Positions 54,459 to 63,098 of a stretch of DNA of 64,000 nucleotides are shown here, piece by piece. The notes beneath the pieces were generated by a model. The model worked only from the letters and a program-made list of their open reading frames with translations, was not told the DNA's origin and did not search any database. This DNA is from a virus: IMG/VR virus record IMGVR_UViG_3300035182_001904; one strand, written 5' to 3'. The position numbers and the translations under genes are program-made. Position 1 is the stretch's first letter, and each line of letters begins with the position of its first letter.

Positions 54459-54464
54459 TCAACC

Positions 54465-54644
54465 ATGTCGAACAACCACCTGAAGACCGCGCACGAGTAC
54501 GGCATCCAGAAGGCTCTCGAAGCTGTCGGCTACAAGAGCGCGGAGGAAGTCCGTCGCGATGCCGAGGCGCTCGGCCTGATCGAGGCACCCAAGACGGCCG
54601 CCGCGAACCCGCTCGCAGACCTGTTCCGCGCGATCCAGAAGTAG
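54465..54644 (+). CDS. Small shared-motif protein (59 aa, not in ORF track)
   Basis: MSNNHLKTAHEYGIQKALEAVGYKSAEEVRRDAEALGLIEAPKTAAANPLADLFRAIQK. Confidence 0.75.
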   Translation: MSNNHLKTAHEYGIQKALEAVGYKSAEEVRRDAEALGLIEAPKTAAANPLADLFRAIQK

Positions 54645-54653
54645 TTCCCCGCC

Positions 54654-55031
54654 ATGTCGCTGCTGCGCCAAAAGTCGGCTGAGGGCGGGCGCGCAGCGCT
54701 CGCGGCCTTCGGCTTGCCTGCGCCGCAGCAGCCAGGTCTCAAGTCTGTTGGGATCAAGACGCCACACGCGTCGGATCTTCCACACCTGCCACGGCCCGGA
54801 TCGACCAACGCACCATCGGTTGGAGACTCGATGGGCGTTGACGCTGCGAAGATCGCGTTCAACGTCGGCATGGGTGCGTCGACATCGAGCGACGGTGCAG
54901 GTGCTCAGGCGGGTGAGCCGACGGACACCGGACGTCGTCAACGCAGCGTCATCGATCGCGCACTCCAGCGCAACGACGACGACTACGCAACCAGCAGCAT
55001 GCCGTTGCCAGGAGACGTCGTTTCGCCATGA
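54654..55031 (+). CDS. Shared-motif protein, low complexity
   Basis: KSAEGGRAALAAFGL, KIAF. Confidence 0.68.
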   Translation: MSLLRQKSAEGGRAALAAFGLPAPQQPGLKSVGIKTPHASDLPHLPRPGSTNAPSVGDSMGVDAAKIAFNVGMGASTSSDGAGAQAGEPTDTGRRQRSVIDRALQRNDDDYATSSMPLPGDVVSP

Positions 55032-55891
55032 CCCTCGAGCTGGCATACGCGAACGGGCAACACGCGGCGCTCGAGCGCTACAAGCTGGGCTGGCCTGCGC
55101 CAACGAACCCGACCGTGGCAGGGAGCGCCGTGCTCCGTGCCAAGGACGGTCCGTCGTCGTTGTCACCGCAGGCGCAGCAAGCGATGGCACCTCCGGCGAC
55201 ACCTGCATCCGTCGCGCAGATCTTCAGCGCGCACGAGCAGGGCGAGACCCGTGGCGAACCTCGTCGCAAGCTCTCTGCGGACATCTGCACGTCGTGTCGC
55301 AAGGCCAAGCACTACGGCACGTGCAGCCAGCCCCGGCCGATTCCAATGAAGGCTGCGGACTTCAATCCGGGCATGCTCGGTGGTGACCCCAAGCAGGGCG
55401 ACAATCCGTCGACCAGCCCTCACTACCACTCGGCGACGAGCAGCATCAGCGCGCTTGGGCGCTCAAGCGACGGACGTCCTGCGGACGAGCAGGCAGGTTC
55501 GGGTTTCGCTGACCTGTTTCGACACCAAGGCATCCGCAACAGCGCGGATGAGCCGGGACGGATGACGGGCGGCCTGAACAAGGTCGCGATCGACGCAGAC
55601 CGTGAACGTACTCGCCGTCACGCGATTCTGTACCGCATGTACGGCGTCAAGCTCAGCGACTTCTTCACCAACATGCCAGGCGCGGCGACGCACTCGATGC
55701 ACGAGCAGCGTGGCACGCCGATCAATCCCTACGAAGAACGTCTGACCCGCAAGTCCCCGCCCGTCGGCTGGGGTGACGAAGGTGACCAGCGCATCAACCG
55801 CGCATTCGGTCAGATCGACAACGCGGCCGACACATCCAGCATCGGGGGCGGCGCCGGTTCACCTGATACCGGGCCGGCGGTCCTTGGCTGA
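55028..55891 (+). CDS. Shared-motif protein with CxxC..H..C segment
   Basis: MTLELAYANGQHAALERYKLG, CTSCRKAKHYGTC and several K-x-A/S sites. Confidence 0.7.
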   Translation: MTLELAYANGQHAALERYKLGWPAPTNPTVAGSAVLRAKDGPSSLSPQAQQAMAPPATPASVAQIFSAHEQGETRGEPRRKLSADICTSCRKAKHYGTCSQPRPIPMKAADFNPGMLGGDPKQGDNPSTSPHYHSATSSISALGRSSDGRPADEQAGSGFADLFRHQGIRNSADEPGRMTGGLNKVAIDADRERTRRHAILYRMYGVKLSDFFTNMPGAATHSMHEQRGTPINPYEERLTRKSPPVGWGDEGDQRINRAFGQIDNAADTSSIGGGAGSPDTGPAVLG

Positions 55892-56726
55892 AGTTCGCAT
55901 CACCCGCACCACGGCGTTGTTCCCAACGGCGGTGTTCGTTCAGTGGGATGTTGAATCGGACGAGAGCGGCGCGTTCTTCGTCGACATCGCACGTTCGGAA
56001 AGTCCCAGCGGCCCCTGGGAGTCCGTCGCAACGGGCTTGCGCGACGCGTACAACTTCATCGACGACAAGTTCAACCTCCCGCCTGCAGACCCGAAGAACG
56101 CAGGGCGCGAAGGCGTGAACCTGTTCTCGCTCGCGCGCGTCCTGTACTACCAGCTCACGGTCACGCCTCCGTCGGGATCCGCGAACATGTTCACGAGCGA
56201 GCCGACGCCAGTCGAGCCGGGTCTCGATCGGCGAACCCGGTTGTTCAAACGCAAGATCCTCCACGATCAAGCGGTGGGCTATCGCCGTCTCAACGGCATC
56301 CCACTCATCGTGCTCAAGCGGAAGCGTTGGGGCGACCGCTGTCCTCAGTGTTACGACCCGGTGACCAAAGAGTCTACGCTCGAGCATTGCCTCATCTGCT
56401 ATGGCACGACGTTCGTGGGCGGGTACTGGGCCCCGACATTGATCCGCGGACGGCGCGAAGCTGCAACGGTCGCTACGAACATCACGTCGCATGGCGACAG
56501 TGACGTCAAGTTCAACGACTTTAATATCCTCGACTACCCGCTCGTCGAATACAAAGACATCCTTGTCGACCTCGTGCGCAACGAACGCTACCAGGTTCAG
56601 CGTACACACCACACGGAACTCAAGAGTGTCACGGTTCACCAGAAGGTGACGACGTCGCTACTGGGACACAACTCGGTCGAATACAAGCTACTCGTTGACC
56701 CAACAGCTGTTCCACCGCTGTACTAA
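55884..56726 (+). CDS. Probable neck/head-closure protein
   Basis: Likely TTG start at 55884 (MAEVRITR). FN3-like N-terminus, CPQCYD..CLICYGTTFVGGY, and position before the tail terminator and sheath. Confidence 0.55.
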   Translation: MAEVRITRTTALFPTAVFVQWDVESDESGAFFVDIARSESPSGPWESVATGLRDAYNFIDDKFNLPPADPKNAGREGVNLFSLARVLYYQLTVTPPSGSANMFTSEPTPVEPGLDRRTRLFKRKILHDQAVGYRRLNGIPLIVLKRKRWGDRCPQCYDPVTKESTLEHCLICYGTTFVGGYWAPTLIRGRREAATVATNITSHGDSDVKFNDFNILDYPLVEYKDILVDLVRNERYQVQRTHHTELKSVTVHQKVTTSLLGHNSVEYKLLVDPTAVPPLY

Positions 56727-56729
56727 TTC

Positions 56730-57437
56730 ATGAGCGACAACTACCCCAACTACGTACCGGACCCGAAGAATCAACCTTCGCCGGAAGAAACGCAGCAAGT
56801 CAGCATCCGTCCAGGGTCAAAGCTTGCGGTGTTGGGCGTGTTTGTTGAAATCATCCGGAAGCGGTTTGCACGCGAAGTCGTTGGGGACGAATTCCAGTGG
56901 CGGTGGGATCCGGACATCAAAGTCACGCGACTCGCCGTCGAAAGTGCGTTCAACGAAGACAAGACACACCGGAACTTTCGGCCTGCAGTCTATGTCGACT
57001 GTGATGACCAGACGATGGGGCGTGTCGTACTGGGTGACCGTGTTGGCGTGAACCTCAAGACGGGCCTCGAAGGGTTCTGGAACCTTCAATCCGTGCCGAT
57101 TCTGATCGAGTGCGTGACCGGAAAACGTGCCGAGAGCGCGGTGCTTGGCGACATTGTTGGGATCTTCCTGCAGGCATCGAGCGACCTCATCCAGGGGAAA
57201 TTCGGGCTGCACGACATGACGCCAATCACGGTTGGACGCACGCAACCCGCGCAGCGCGACAAAGATCAGTGGGTGACGTCCGTGACCTTCGTGGCGCAGT
57301 ACCCACAACGCTGGACGAATGCGCCAACCGCGCCCCTGCTGCGAAGCGTAGAATTGGACGTCGTCCGTTCGGGTGCAGATTCTGCCACCGCGTATTTCGA
57401 AACCATCGCCCTCTCTGGGTCCGCTCCGTCCAAGTAG
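56730..57437 (+). CDS. Probable tail terminator/completion protein
   Basis: 235 aa, directly before the sheath gene. RPAVYV motif. Confidence 0.5.
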   Translation: MSDNYPNYVPDPKNQPSPEETQQVSIRPGSKLAVLGVFVEIIRKRFAREVVGDEFQWRWDPDIKVTRLAVESAFNEDKTHRNFRPAVYVDCDDQTMGRVVLGDRVGVNLKTGLEGFWNLQSVPILIECVTGKRAESAVLGDIVGIFLQASSDLIQGKFGLHDMTPITVGRTQPAQRDKDQWVTSVTFVAQYPQRWTNAPTAPLLRSVELDVVRSGADSATAYFETIALSGSAPSK

Positions 57438-57467
57438 TCGCCAACATCGCGATCCGACCGTCAACAC

Positions 57468-57475
57468 CCTATAAT
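57468..57475 (+). promoter_or_regulatory. CCTATAAT -10-like element upstream of sheath gene
   Basis: TATAAT at 57470-57475 in the intergenic gap, GGAG SD, ATG at 57509. Confidence 0.6.
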
Positions 57476-57508
57476 TTCCGCAACCCTATGGACTCGGAGC
57501 ACTGACCC

Positions 57509-59914
57509 ATGGCCATTCGACCAGTCGTACTCGTTTACCAGGACCTGGCCACGCCGACGGTCACGCCGACGTCTCCAGACCTGAACTGCCTTGTCGTGGG
57601 GCCCGCGTTCCACATCCAGGACTACTTCAAGCCCGGCACCACGGACTACGCCGACAAGACCGACATCCAGGTCACGCCGGCGTATGGCACGTTGGAAGCA
57701 TCCCCTGACGGGACGCTGCCGACGGGCCCTGCCGTGATCACGGTTGCCGAGCCGCCGAACAACGCTGTCGGGGCCATCCTGGATGGCTCGAGCGTCGCGA
57801 TCTACTTCGACCAAGCGCGCGTCCGTATCGCGGGCAAGGGCGTCGACGCGGGTGGTGGCATCAAGGGCACGACCACGGTCCTGACGCCCAACCAGTTCGA
57901 CACCGCCGAGACCCTCCCAGGGCCGACCACGTTCGCCACGGCAGGGCCGGGCAAGGTGTTGCCGGGCGACCGTCTCGTCATCGTCGATGCGGGCACGGTC
58001 GTCATCGCGCGCACGGTGCTCTCGGTTGTCTCGGACACCCAGCTGCTGCTCACAGCAGACGTCACCGGCGGAACGTTCGTGCCGGCAGCCAACCAGCACT
58101 GGTACATCGAGCGGCAGATCAACGACGTCCAGATCGCTTCGTCGTTCGTCTCGCACACCAACAACGCCGTGAAGATCGCCGGCAGCGTGACGCTGGCAGT
58201 GACCGGGCAGGGTAGCAAGCCCGTGTCGTACGCCGTCGTGTACGAGGCGTACCGCTCGCTTCGTCAAGACATCGTCGACCTCGACACCATCGAGTCCGAG
58301 GCCGACATCCTGTCGAAGATCGGCCGTCTCGACGTGCGCAACCCGCTCGCGGCAGGTGCGTTCGTCGCGCTCGAGAACACGACCTCGGTCGTTCAGTTCA
58401 TCGGCGTGCTGTCCGACGACCTCGCGGGACACGTCACCGTGCGAGACCACATCTCGGCACGCCCCGATGTCTACGCCATCATCCCGATGACGACCGACGT
58501 GTCGATCTTCGCGATGTGGAACTCGGACTGCGTCGGACTCGCGCTGCCCGACAACGTTCACGGTCGTCCGCAGCGCTTCCGCGTCGTCATCGGCAACGGC
58601 ACGCTGCCGGTGACCAAGACGATCGTGGGTGCGTCGGCCACGGGCGCACCACTGCAGCTCAGCGGAAGCGCGCCCAGTGCGATCACGAAGATCGTGCTGA
58701 CGGGCGTGGCGACCCTGCTCACCACGGGCGGCGGCGTCATCCCGGGCGACATCCTCCGCGTGACAATCTCGTCTGTCCTCGGCGATGTCGCACTCGGCGA
58801 CTATCCGATCGCGTCCGTCGAGAGCGCGACCACGATCGAGGTCGACGTCGCGACACCGTTCGCGGGCGCGGGCACGTGCAACATCACCTGCGCGATCGTC
58901 TATGCGGACGGGACCACGGTTCGCGTGCCTTCGGCCGCGCTCATTGGTGTCATCACGTCGGCCGGCGATGACCTGTTCCTGATCCTCAAGGACCCGAGCG
59001 GCACGTTCATCGCGAGCGGCGTCGCTGCGGGTGACCTCATCAAGATCCCGGTCGACCCGAACGCAGCGATCACCTCGGCCACCGTCTTCACGACGCTCGT
59101 CGTCAACAACGTCATCAGCGATCAACGTCTGCAGATCGTCAACAACGGGCAGGACAGCTCGACGGTCCAGAACGAGCTGCCACACGGCGTGAAGCGGATC
59201 GGCGGCGCCCTCGTCGGCCTGACAACGGTCAACTTCGAGATCGTTCGTACGCTCTCGAAGAGCCAGCAAGTCACCGAGCTGGTGGCGGTCGCGCAGTCAT
59301 TCAACTCCAAGCGCACGGTCCTCGTGTGGCCGGACAAGTGCGACGTCGCAGGTGTCACGGGCGGCACCAAGCAGCCGGGCTACTACCTGGCATGCGCGGT
59401 CGGCGGCATGACCGCGGGTCTGCCGTCGCAGCAGGGGTTCACCAACCTCGGCATCGCGGGCGTGTCCCAGATCTACGACTCGAACACGTACTTCACGGAC
59501 AGCCAGCTCACCGACATCTCGAACGGTGGGTGGTACGTGTTCGCGCAGCAGACGACCACGTCGCTGCCGTACACCATCCACCAGCTGACCACGGACCCGG
59601 CGACGCTCGAGTCGGGCGAGTTCTCCGTCGTCAAGAACTTCGACTTCGTGTCGTTGTTCTTCGTCGACATCCTCGAGGACTTCCTCGGTCAGTACAACGT
59701 CACGCTCGACACGCTGACGCAGCTGCACGGTGCGCTGATCACCGGCTCGCAGCTCCTGTTGCTGCGCACGGCAGCGAAGATCGGTGCGCCGCTGACCTCG
59801 TTCGCCATCACGGCGCTCGAGGTCTCGCCGACGTCGGCGGACCGCGTGCTGATGTACTGCGCGATCGGCTTGCCCAAGCCGCTCAACGTCATCGAACTCC
59901 ACCTGGTGGCGTAA
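57509..59914 (+). CDS. Contractile tail sheath protein
   Basis: 801 aa. C-terminal sheath-like domain YLACAVGG..GFTNLGIAG..HQLTTD..EFSVVKNFDFVS with beta-rich insertion domains. Confidence 0.8.
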   Translation: MAIRPVVLVYQDLATPTVTPTSPDLNCLVVGPAFHIQDYFKPGTTDYADKTDIQVTPAYGTLEASPDGTLPTGPAVITVAEPPNNAVGAILDGSSVAIYFDQARVRIAGKGVDAGGGIKGTTTVLTPNQFDTAETLPGPTTFATAGPGKVLPGDRLVIVDAGTVVIARTVLSVVSDTQLLLTADVTGGTFVPAANQHWYIERQINDVQIASSFVSHTNNAVKIAGSVTLAVTGQGSKPVSYAVVYEAYRSLRQDIVDLDTIESEADILSKIGRLDVRNPLAAGAFVALENTTSVVQFIGVLSDDLAGHVTVRDHISARPDVYAIIPMTTDVSIFAMWNSDCVGLALPDNVHGRPQRFRVVIGNGTLPVTKTIVGASATGAPLQLSGSAPSAITKIVLTGVATLLTTGGGVIPGDILRVTISSVLGDVALGDYPIASVESATTIEVDVATPFAGAGTCNITCAIVYADGTTVRVPSAALIGVITSAGDDLFLILKDPSGTFIASGVAAGDLIKIPVDPNAAITSATVFTTLVVNNVISDQRLQIVNNGQDSSTVQNELPHGVKRIGGALVGLTTVNFEIVRTLSKSQQVTELVAVAQSFNSKRTVLVWPDKCDVAGVTGGTKQPGYYLACAVGGMTAGLPSQQGFTNLGIAGVSQIYDSNTYFTDSQLTDISNGGWYVFAQQTTTSLPYTIHQLTTDPATLESGEFSVVKNFDFVSLFFVDILEDFLGQYNVTLDTLTQLHGALITGSQLLLLRTAAKIGAPLTSFAITALEVSPTSADRVLMYCAIGLPKPLNVIELHLVA

Positions 59915-59923
59915 GGCGCCTTC

Positions 59924-60565
59924 ATGTCCGACAACTTCTTCGACAAGTTCATCGCGGACCTCGTCAAGGGCGCGGAAGCCTCGCAAGGCTTCATGCCCGG
60001 GTCGAAGGTCAACGTCGAGATCTCGCGCGAGCATCGTGGTCGCGAGGAGAAGCTCGCGTCATTCGGTGGCGCCCTCGGCGGCGGTCTTCTCGGTGGTGGT
60101 GCTGGTGCACTTGGTGGCGGCCTCGCCGGCGCTGGCACGGGTGCACTGCTCGGCAAGCTGCTCCATCTCGACCCCGCGGTCGCCCAAGACATGGGTGCGC
60201 TGCTTGGCGTGGGAGGTGCTGCCGCAGGAGGTCTCGGCGGTGCGGCCGCAGGCACGGCGGCTGGCATGGAACCGCACCGTCCTTCGTTGATGGAGCGCAT
60301 GAAGGGCGGGGCCCTCGAGTCCCGCTACACCGACGGCATCAAGGCCGCCGCCGCAGCGTTCGGCATCAAGGAGGCCTTCCTCCCTGCGCTGCTTGGCGCG
60401 GCTGCCCCGATGCTCGGTCGCTCTCTGCTTGGCAAGGCTGCGCCTGCCATCGCGGGGCGTGTGGGCAGCGGGCTAGCAGGCGCTGCATTCGACACCGCAG
60501 CCCAAGCCGGTGGCCAGGCGATTGGCAACAAGCTGATGCCGCCGAAGCCCCCGATGCCAAACTGA
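59924..60565 (+). CDS. Glycine-zipper protein with internal shared motif
   Basis: EEKLAS|FGGALGGGLLGGG, RYTDGIKAAAAAFGIKEA|FLPALLG. Confidence 0.75.
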   Translation: MSDNFFDKFIADLVKGAEASQGFMPGSKVNVEISREHRGREEKLASFGGALGGGLLGGGAGALGGGLAGAGTGALLGKLLHLDPAVAQDMGALLGVGGAAAGGLGGAAAGTAAGMEPHRPSLMERMKGGALESRYTDGIKAAAAAFGIKEAFLPALLGAAAPMLGRSLLGKAAPAIAGRVGSGLAGAAFDTAAQAGGQAIGNKLMPPKPPMPN

Positions 60566-60569
60566 CCAA

Positions 60570-60881
60570 ATGATCAAGCGCGCCTACCACAGCGGAGTCG
60601 AAGCGGCGTCGAAGCGATTCGGCGTTCGCGAGGGCTCGATCATGGGCATGATCCAGGACACGCTTCCGTTGCTTGCGATGGGCGCTGCCAAAAGCACCGC
60701 GAAGGCGCTTGTGCCGGGCGCCTTCGCACACATCGATCGCTTGCAGGAAGCGCCCGGCAAGTTCCTGCGTCGCAACCTACTGCCCGCGCACATGCAAGTG
60801 TCACCTGCTGACGCGCTTGCACGACACCTCGAGACCGCGTCACTACCCCCAACAGGTCCTCACATGATGGGGATTCGATGA
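60570..60881 (+). CDS. Shared-motif protein
   Basis: MIKRAYHSGVEAASKRFGVRE... Confidence 0.7.
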   Translation: MIKRAYHSGVEAASKRFGVREGSIMGMIQDTLPLLAMGAAKSTAKALVPGAFAHIDRLQEAPGKFLRRNLLPAHMQVSPADALARHLETASLPPTGPHMMGIR

Positions 60882-61810
60882 GCGTCGAGCAGTTCAAGAT
60901 CGCAGCCCTTCCGGTGGACGTCAGCAAGTTGCTGACGAATACACCTCTGGGCGGTGCGCTCGCCGGCGCCGGCATCGGTGGCCTCACGAGCTTGCTCAGC
61001 AGCGACGAGCACCCTCTGCGCGACATGGCGGTGGGTGCGGGTGCCGGCGGTCTTCATGGCCGCCTCGGGCAGCAGGCGAACGTTCTCGGGCAGCAGGCGG
61101 GACAGCTCGAGTCCCGCATGGGTGACGTCGAGCGCACGCTGGCAGCACGCCGCGCAGTTCCCGCATCCTCCGCAACGCCTGCGGCAGGCGGCTTCATGCG
61201 CATGTTGGGCGACCTTCTGGGTGGTCGAAAGAACGCAAGTTTCGCGTCGATTTTCCCGGCGGTCGCAGCTCCTGCGCTGGGTAGCTTTGCGGGCCGTGCG
61301 ATCGGCGCGAAGTTCAAGCAGCCGGACCTGGGCATGTTGCTCGGTGGCATCACCGGCGGCACCACCGGCCAGCTCCTCAAGGAGAAGGTCGAAGAGGCGG
61401 AAGACGCCACCGTGCCGCCCGGTGCACCGTACAACCTCGACGCGACGTCTCAGGATATCCCGTCGTGGGCGCTGCAGGGCGCACACCTCCTGCAGCCACG
61501 CATGAAGCAATCGGCACACGCGCATGGGCGTGAGCCCATTGGGGACGTACTGAAGGGTGAGATCCCGGGCTACCCCGTTGCGGAAGCCTTGGTCAAACAC
61601 GGCCCTGAAGCAGGGGCACGTACGTTCGGCGGCATGGCAGGCGGCGGCTTGGTGGGTGGCGGTCTCGGCGCGCTCGGAGCCTACGGCATCGAAAAGCTTC
61701 TCGGTCACCAGGTCAACGTGCCCGGCATCGGCATGTCACTTCCTGATCTACTCGCATCCGTTGGTGGCACAATTGGAGCCACCAAGGGCCTGCGCTACAT
61801 GAAAGCCTGA
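60878..61810 (+). CDS. Protein with three glycine-zipper modules
   Basis: FKIAA|LP, RKNAS|FA and MKQSA|HA each precede a GxxxG hairpin. Confidence 0.75.
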   Translation: MSVEQFKIAALPVDVSKLLTNTPLGGALAGAGIGGLTSLLSSDEHPLRDMAVGAGAGGLHGRLGQQANVLGQQAGQLESRMGDVERTLAARRAVPASSATPAAGGFMRMLGDLLGGRKNASFASIFPAVAAPALGSFAGRAIGAKFKQPDLGMLLGGITGGTTGQLLKEKVEEAEDATVPPGAPYNLDATSQDIPSWALQGAHLLQPRMKQSAHAHGREPIGDVLKGEIPGYPVAEALVKHGPEAGARTFGGMAGGGLVGGGLGALGAYGIEKLLGHQVNVPGIGMSLPDLLASVGGTIGATKGLRYMKA

Positions 61811-61821
61811 AGGAGAACGTT

Positions 61822-62577
61822 ATGGCACTCGGCGTAGTTCAAGGATTCGATACCTGGGCGTTCCAGCAGAGCTACGTCGAGCGTGTGATGGACAACGCTG
61901 CATACACCGCAGCGCATCCTGACGACACGCTCGTGCTGGCAGGCCCCGCCCGTCGGCAGAATGTGGGGTCACAAAACCTGCTCGCCATCGGCATGCTGCA
62001 AGCCGTCAACTTCACGCAGACCAAGCCGACGCAGCCGATGATGGCGATCGGCTCGGGGCGTTCGTTCTACGTCAGCGGCAAGGCCCAGACCCAGTGGACG
62101 ATGGGCCGTCTGTTCGTGAACGGGCGCAACCTGCTTCGCGTGCTGTCGCACAACGCGGTCGCCGGTGGCATCAATCCGTCGCTGTTCGATGACCAGGCAT
62201 CCGACGCGGATCCGAACAGCAAGAAGTACTTCATCAACCTCGACTCCGAGCTGTTCCTGATCCCGTTCGGCATGGGCGCGGTGTTCCGCGACAAGACGCA
62301 CGGCTTCTGCGGCGGCTTCTACGCCGAGCTGTCGATGATCACCAGCTACGCCATCGGCTGGAACGCCGGCCAGAACCTCGTGCTCGAGAACGTCTCGGGC
62401 ATGTCGGATCGCCTTCTGCCATTCGGCAGCCTGACCAAGCCGGGCACGCGTCCGAACGCGGGCGGTGGCTCGGGCATCACGGCGACGTCGATCGATGCCG
62501 TGCTCGGGTTCATCGACAACACTACCACCGGCGAGAACCAGACGAACGCGCCTGGCGATACGGTTCCGCTCGAGTGA
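61822..62577 (+). CDS. Probable tail tube protein
   Basis: AAGGAG RBS. Tube-like segments AIGMLQAVNFTQ..MAIGSGRSFYVSG. Downstream of the sheath gene. Confidence 0.6.
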   Translation: MALGVVQGFDTWAFQQSYVERVMDNAAYTAAHPDDTLVLAGPARRQNVGSQNLLAIGMLQAVNFTQTKPTQPMMAIGSGRSFYVSGKAQTQWTMGRLFVNGRNLLRVLSHNAVAGGINPSLFDDQASDADPNSKKYFINLDSELFLIPFGMGAVFRDKTHGFCGGFYAELSMITSYAIGWNAGQNLVLENVSGMSDRLLPFGSLTKPGTRPNAGGGSGITATSIDAVLGFIDNTTTGENQTNAPGDTVPLE

Positions 62578-62855
62578 CCATGCGCACGGTACGTGAATGG
62601 TCGGTGCTGGTTGTCATCGTCGCCCTGTGCATGGGTGCTGATGGTGGCGGCAATGGCACTGCGGATGCAGCCGCGTTGCTGCGTGAGTTCGGGTTCCCCA
62701 TCTTCGTCAGCCTCTGGTTCATGTGGCGCGTCGAAAAGCGCATGGACCGCTTCACGGACAGCATCCAGAACCTCCTCACTGCCGTCACGGTCATGGCGAA
62801 GACCGTCGACGGACTGCCGGCCGCGCGCCCGCCGACACACCCACCTCACGCCTGA
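62574..62855 (+). CDS. YvrJ/holin-like small membrane protein
   Basis: FGFPIFVSLWFMWRVEKRMDRFTDSI resembles the YvrJ-like GFPI..YL..RIE..LD pattern. Has an additional N-terminal hydrophobic segment. Confidence 0.55.
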   Translation: MTMRTVREWSVLVVIVALCMGADGGGNGTADAAALLREFGFPIFVSLWFMWRVEKRMDRFTDSIQNLLTAVTVMAKTVDGLPAARPPTHPPHA

Positions 62856-62864
62856 AGGAGCCCC

Positions 62865-63098
62865 GTGTCCTGGATCGTAACGGGTGTTTTGGCGATGATT
62901 GTCGGGTTGATCGTGTGGACCGAAGTCCGTTGCGGACGTCGCAACAAGGTCTTCCACGCGCAGCTCGACCCTGAGGTCAACGCCCTCAAGAACAGCGTCA
63001 TGACGAAGTACCGTGAACGCTTCGGCAAGGACCCCACCGAGCAATTCACGACGGTCAGCGAGCCCAAGACGCACGGCCGGTTCGCGAAGAAGGCATGA
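62865..63098 (+). CDS. Single-TM protein
   Basis: AAGGAG + GTG start. N-terminal TM and a basic C-terminus. Confidence 0.65.
   Translation: MSWIVTGVLAMIVGLIVWTEVRCGRRNKVFHAQLDPEVNALKNSVMTKYRERFGKDPTEQFTTVSEPKTHGRFAKKA

Noticed and set aside
57488-57505. Micro-ORF MDSEH just upstream of the sheath gene as a leader peptide
   Set aside because: It is five codons with no SD and simply spans the sheath gene's GGAG SD. There is no supporting evidence.
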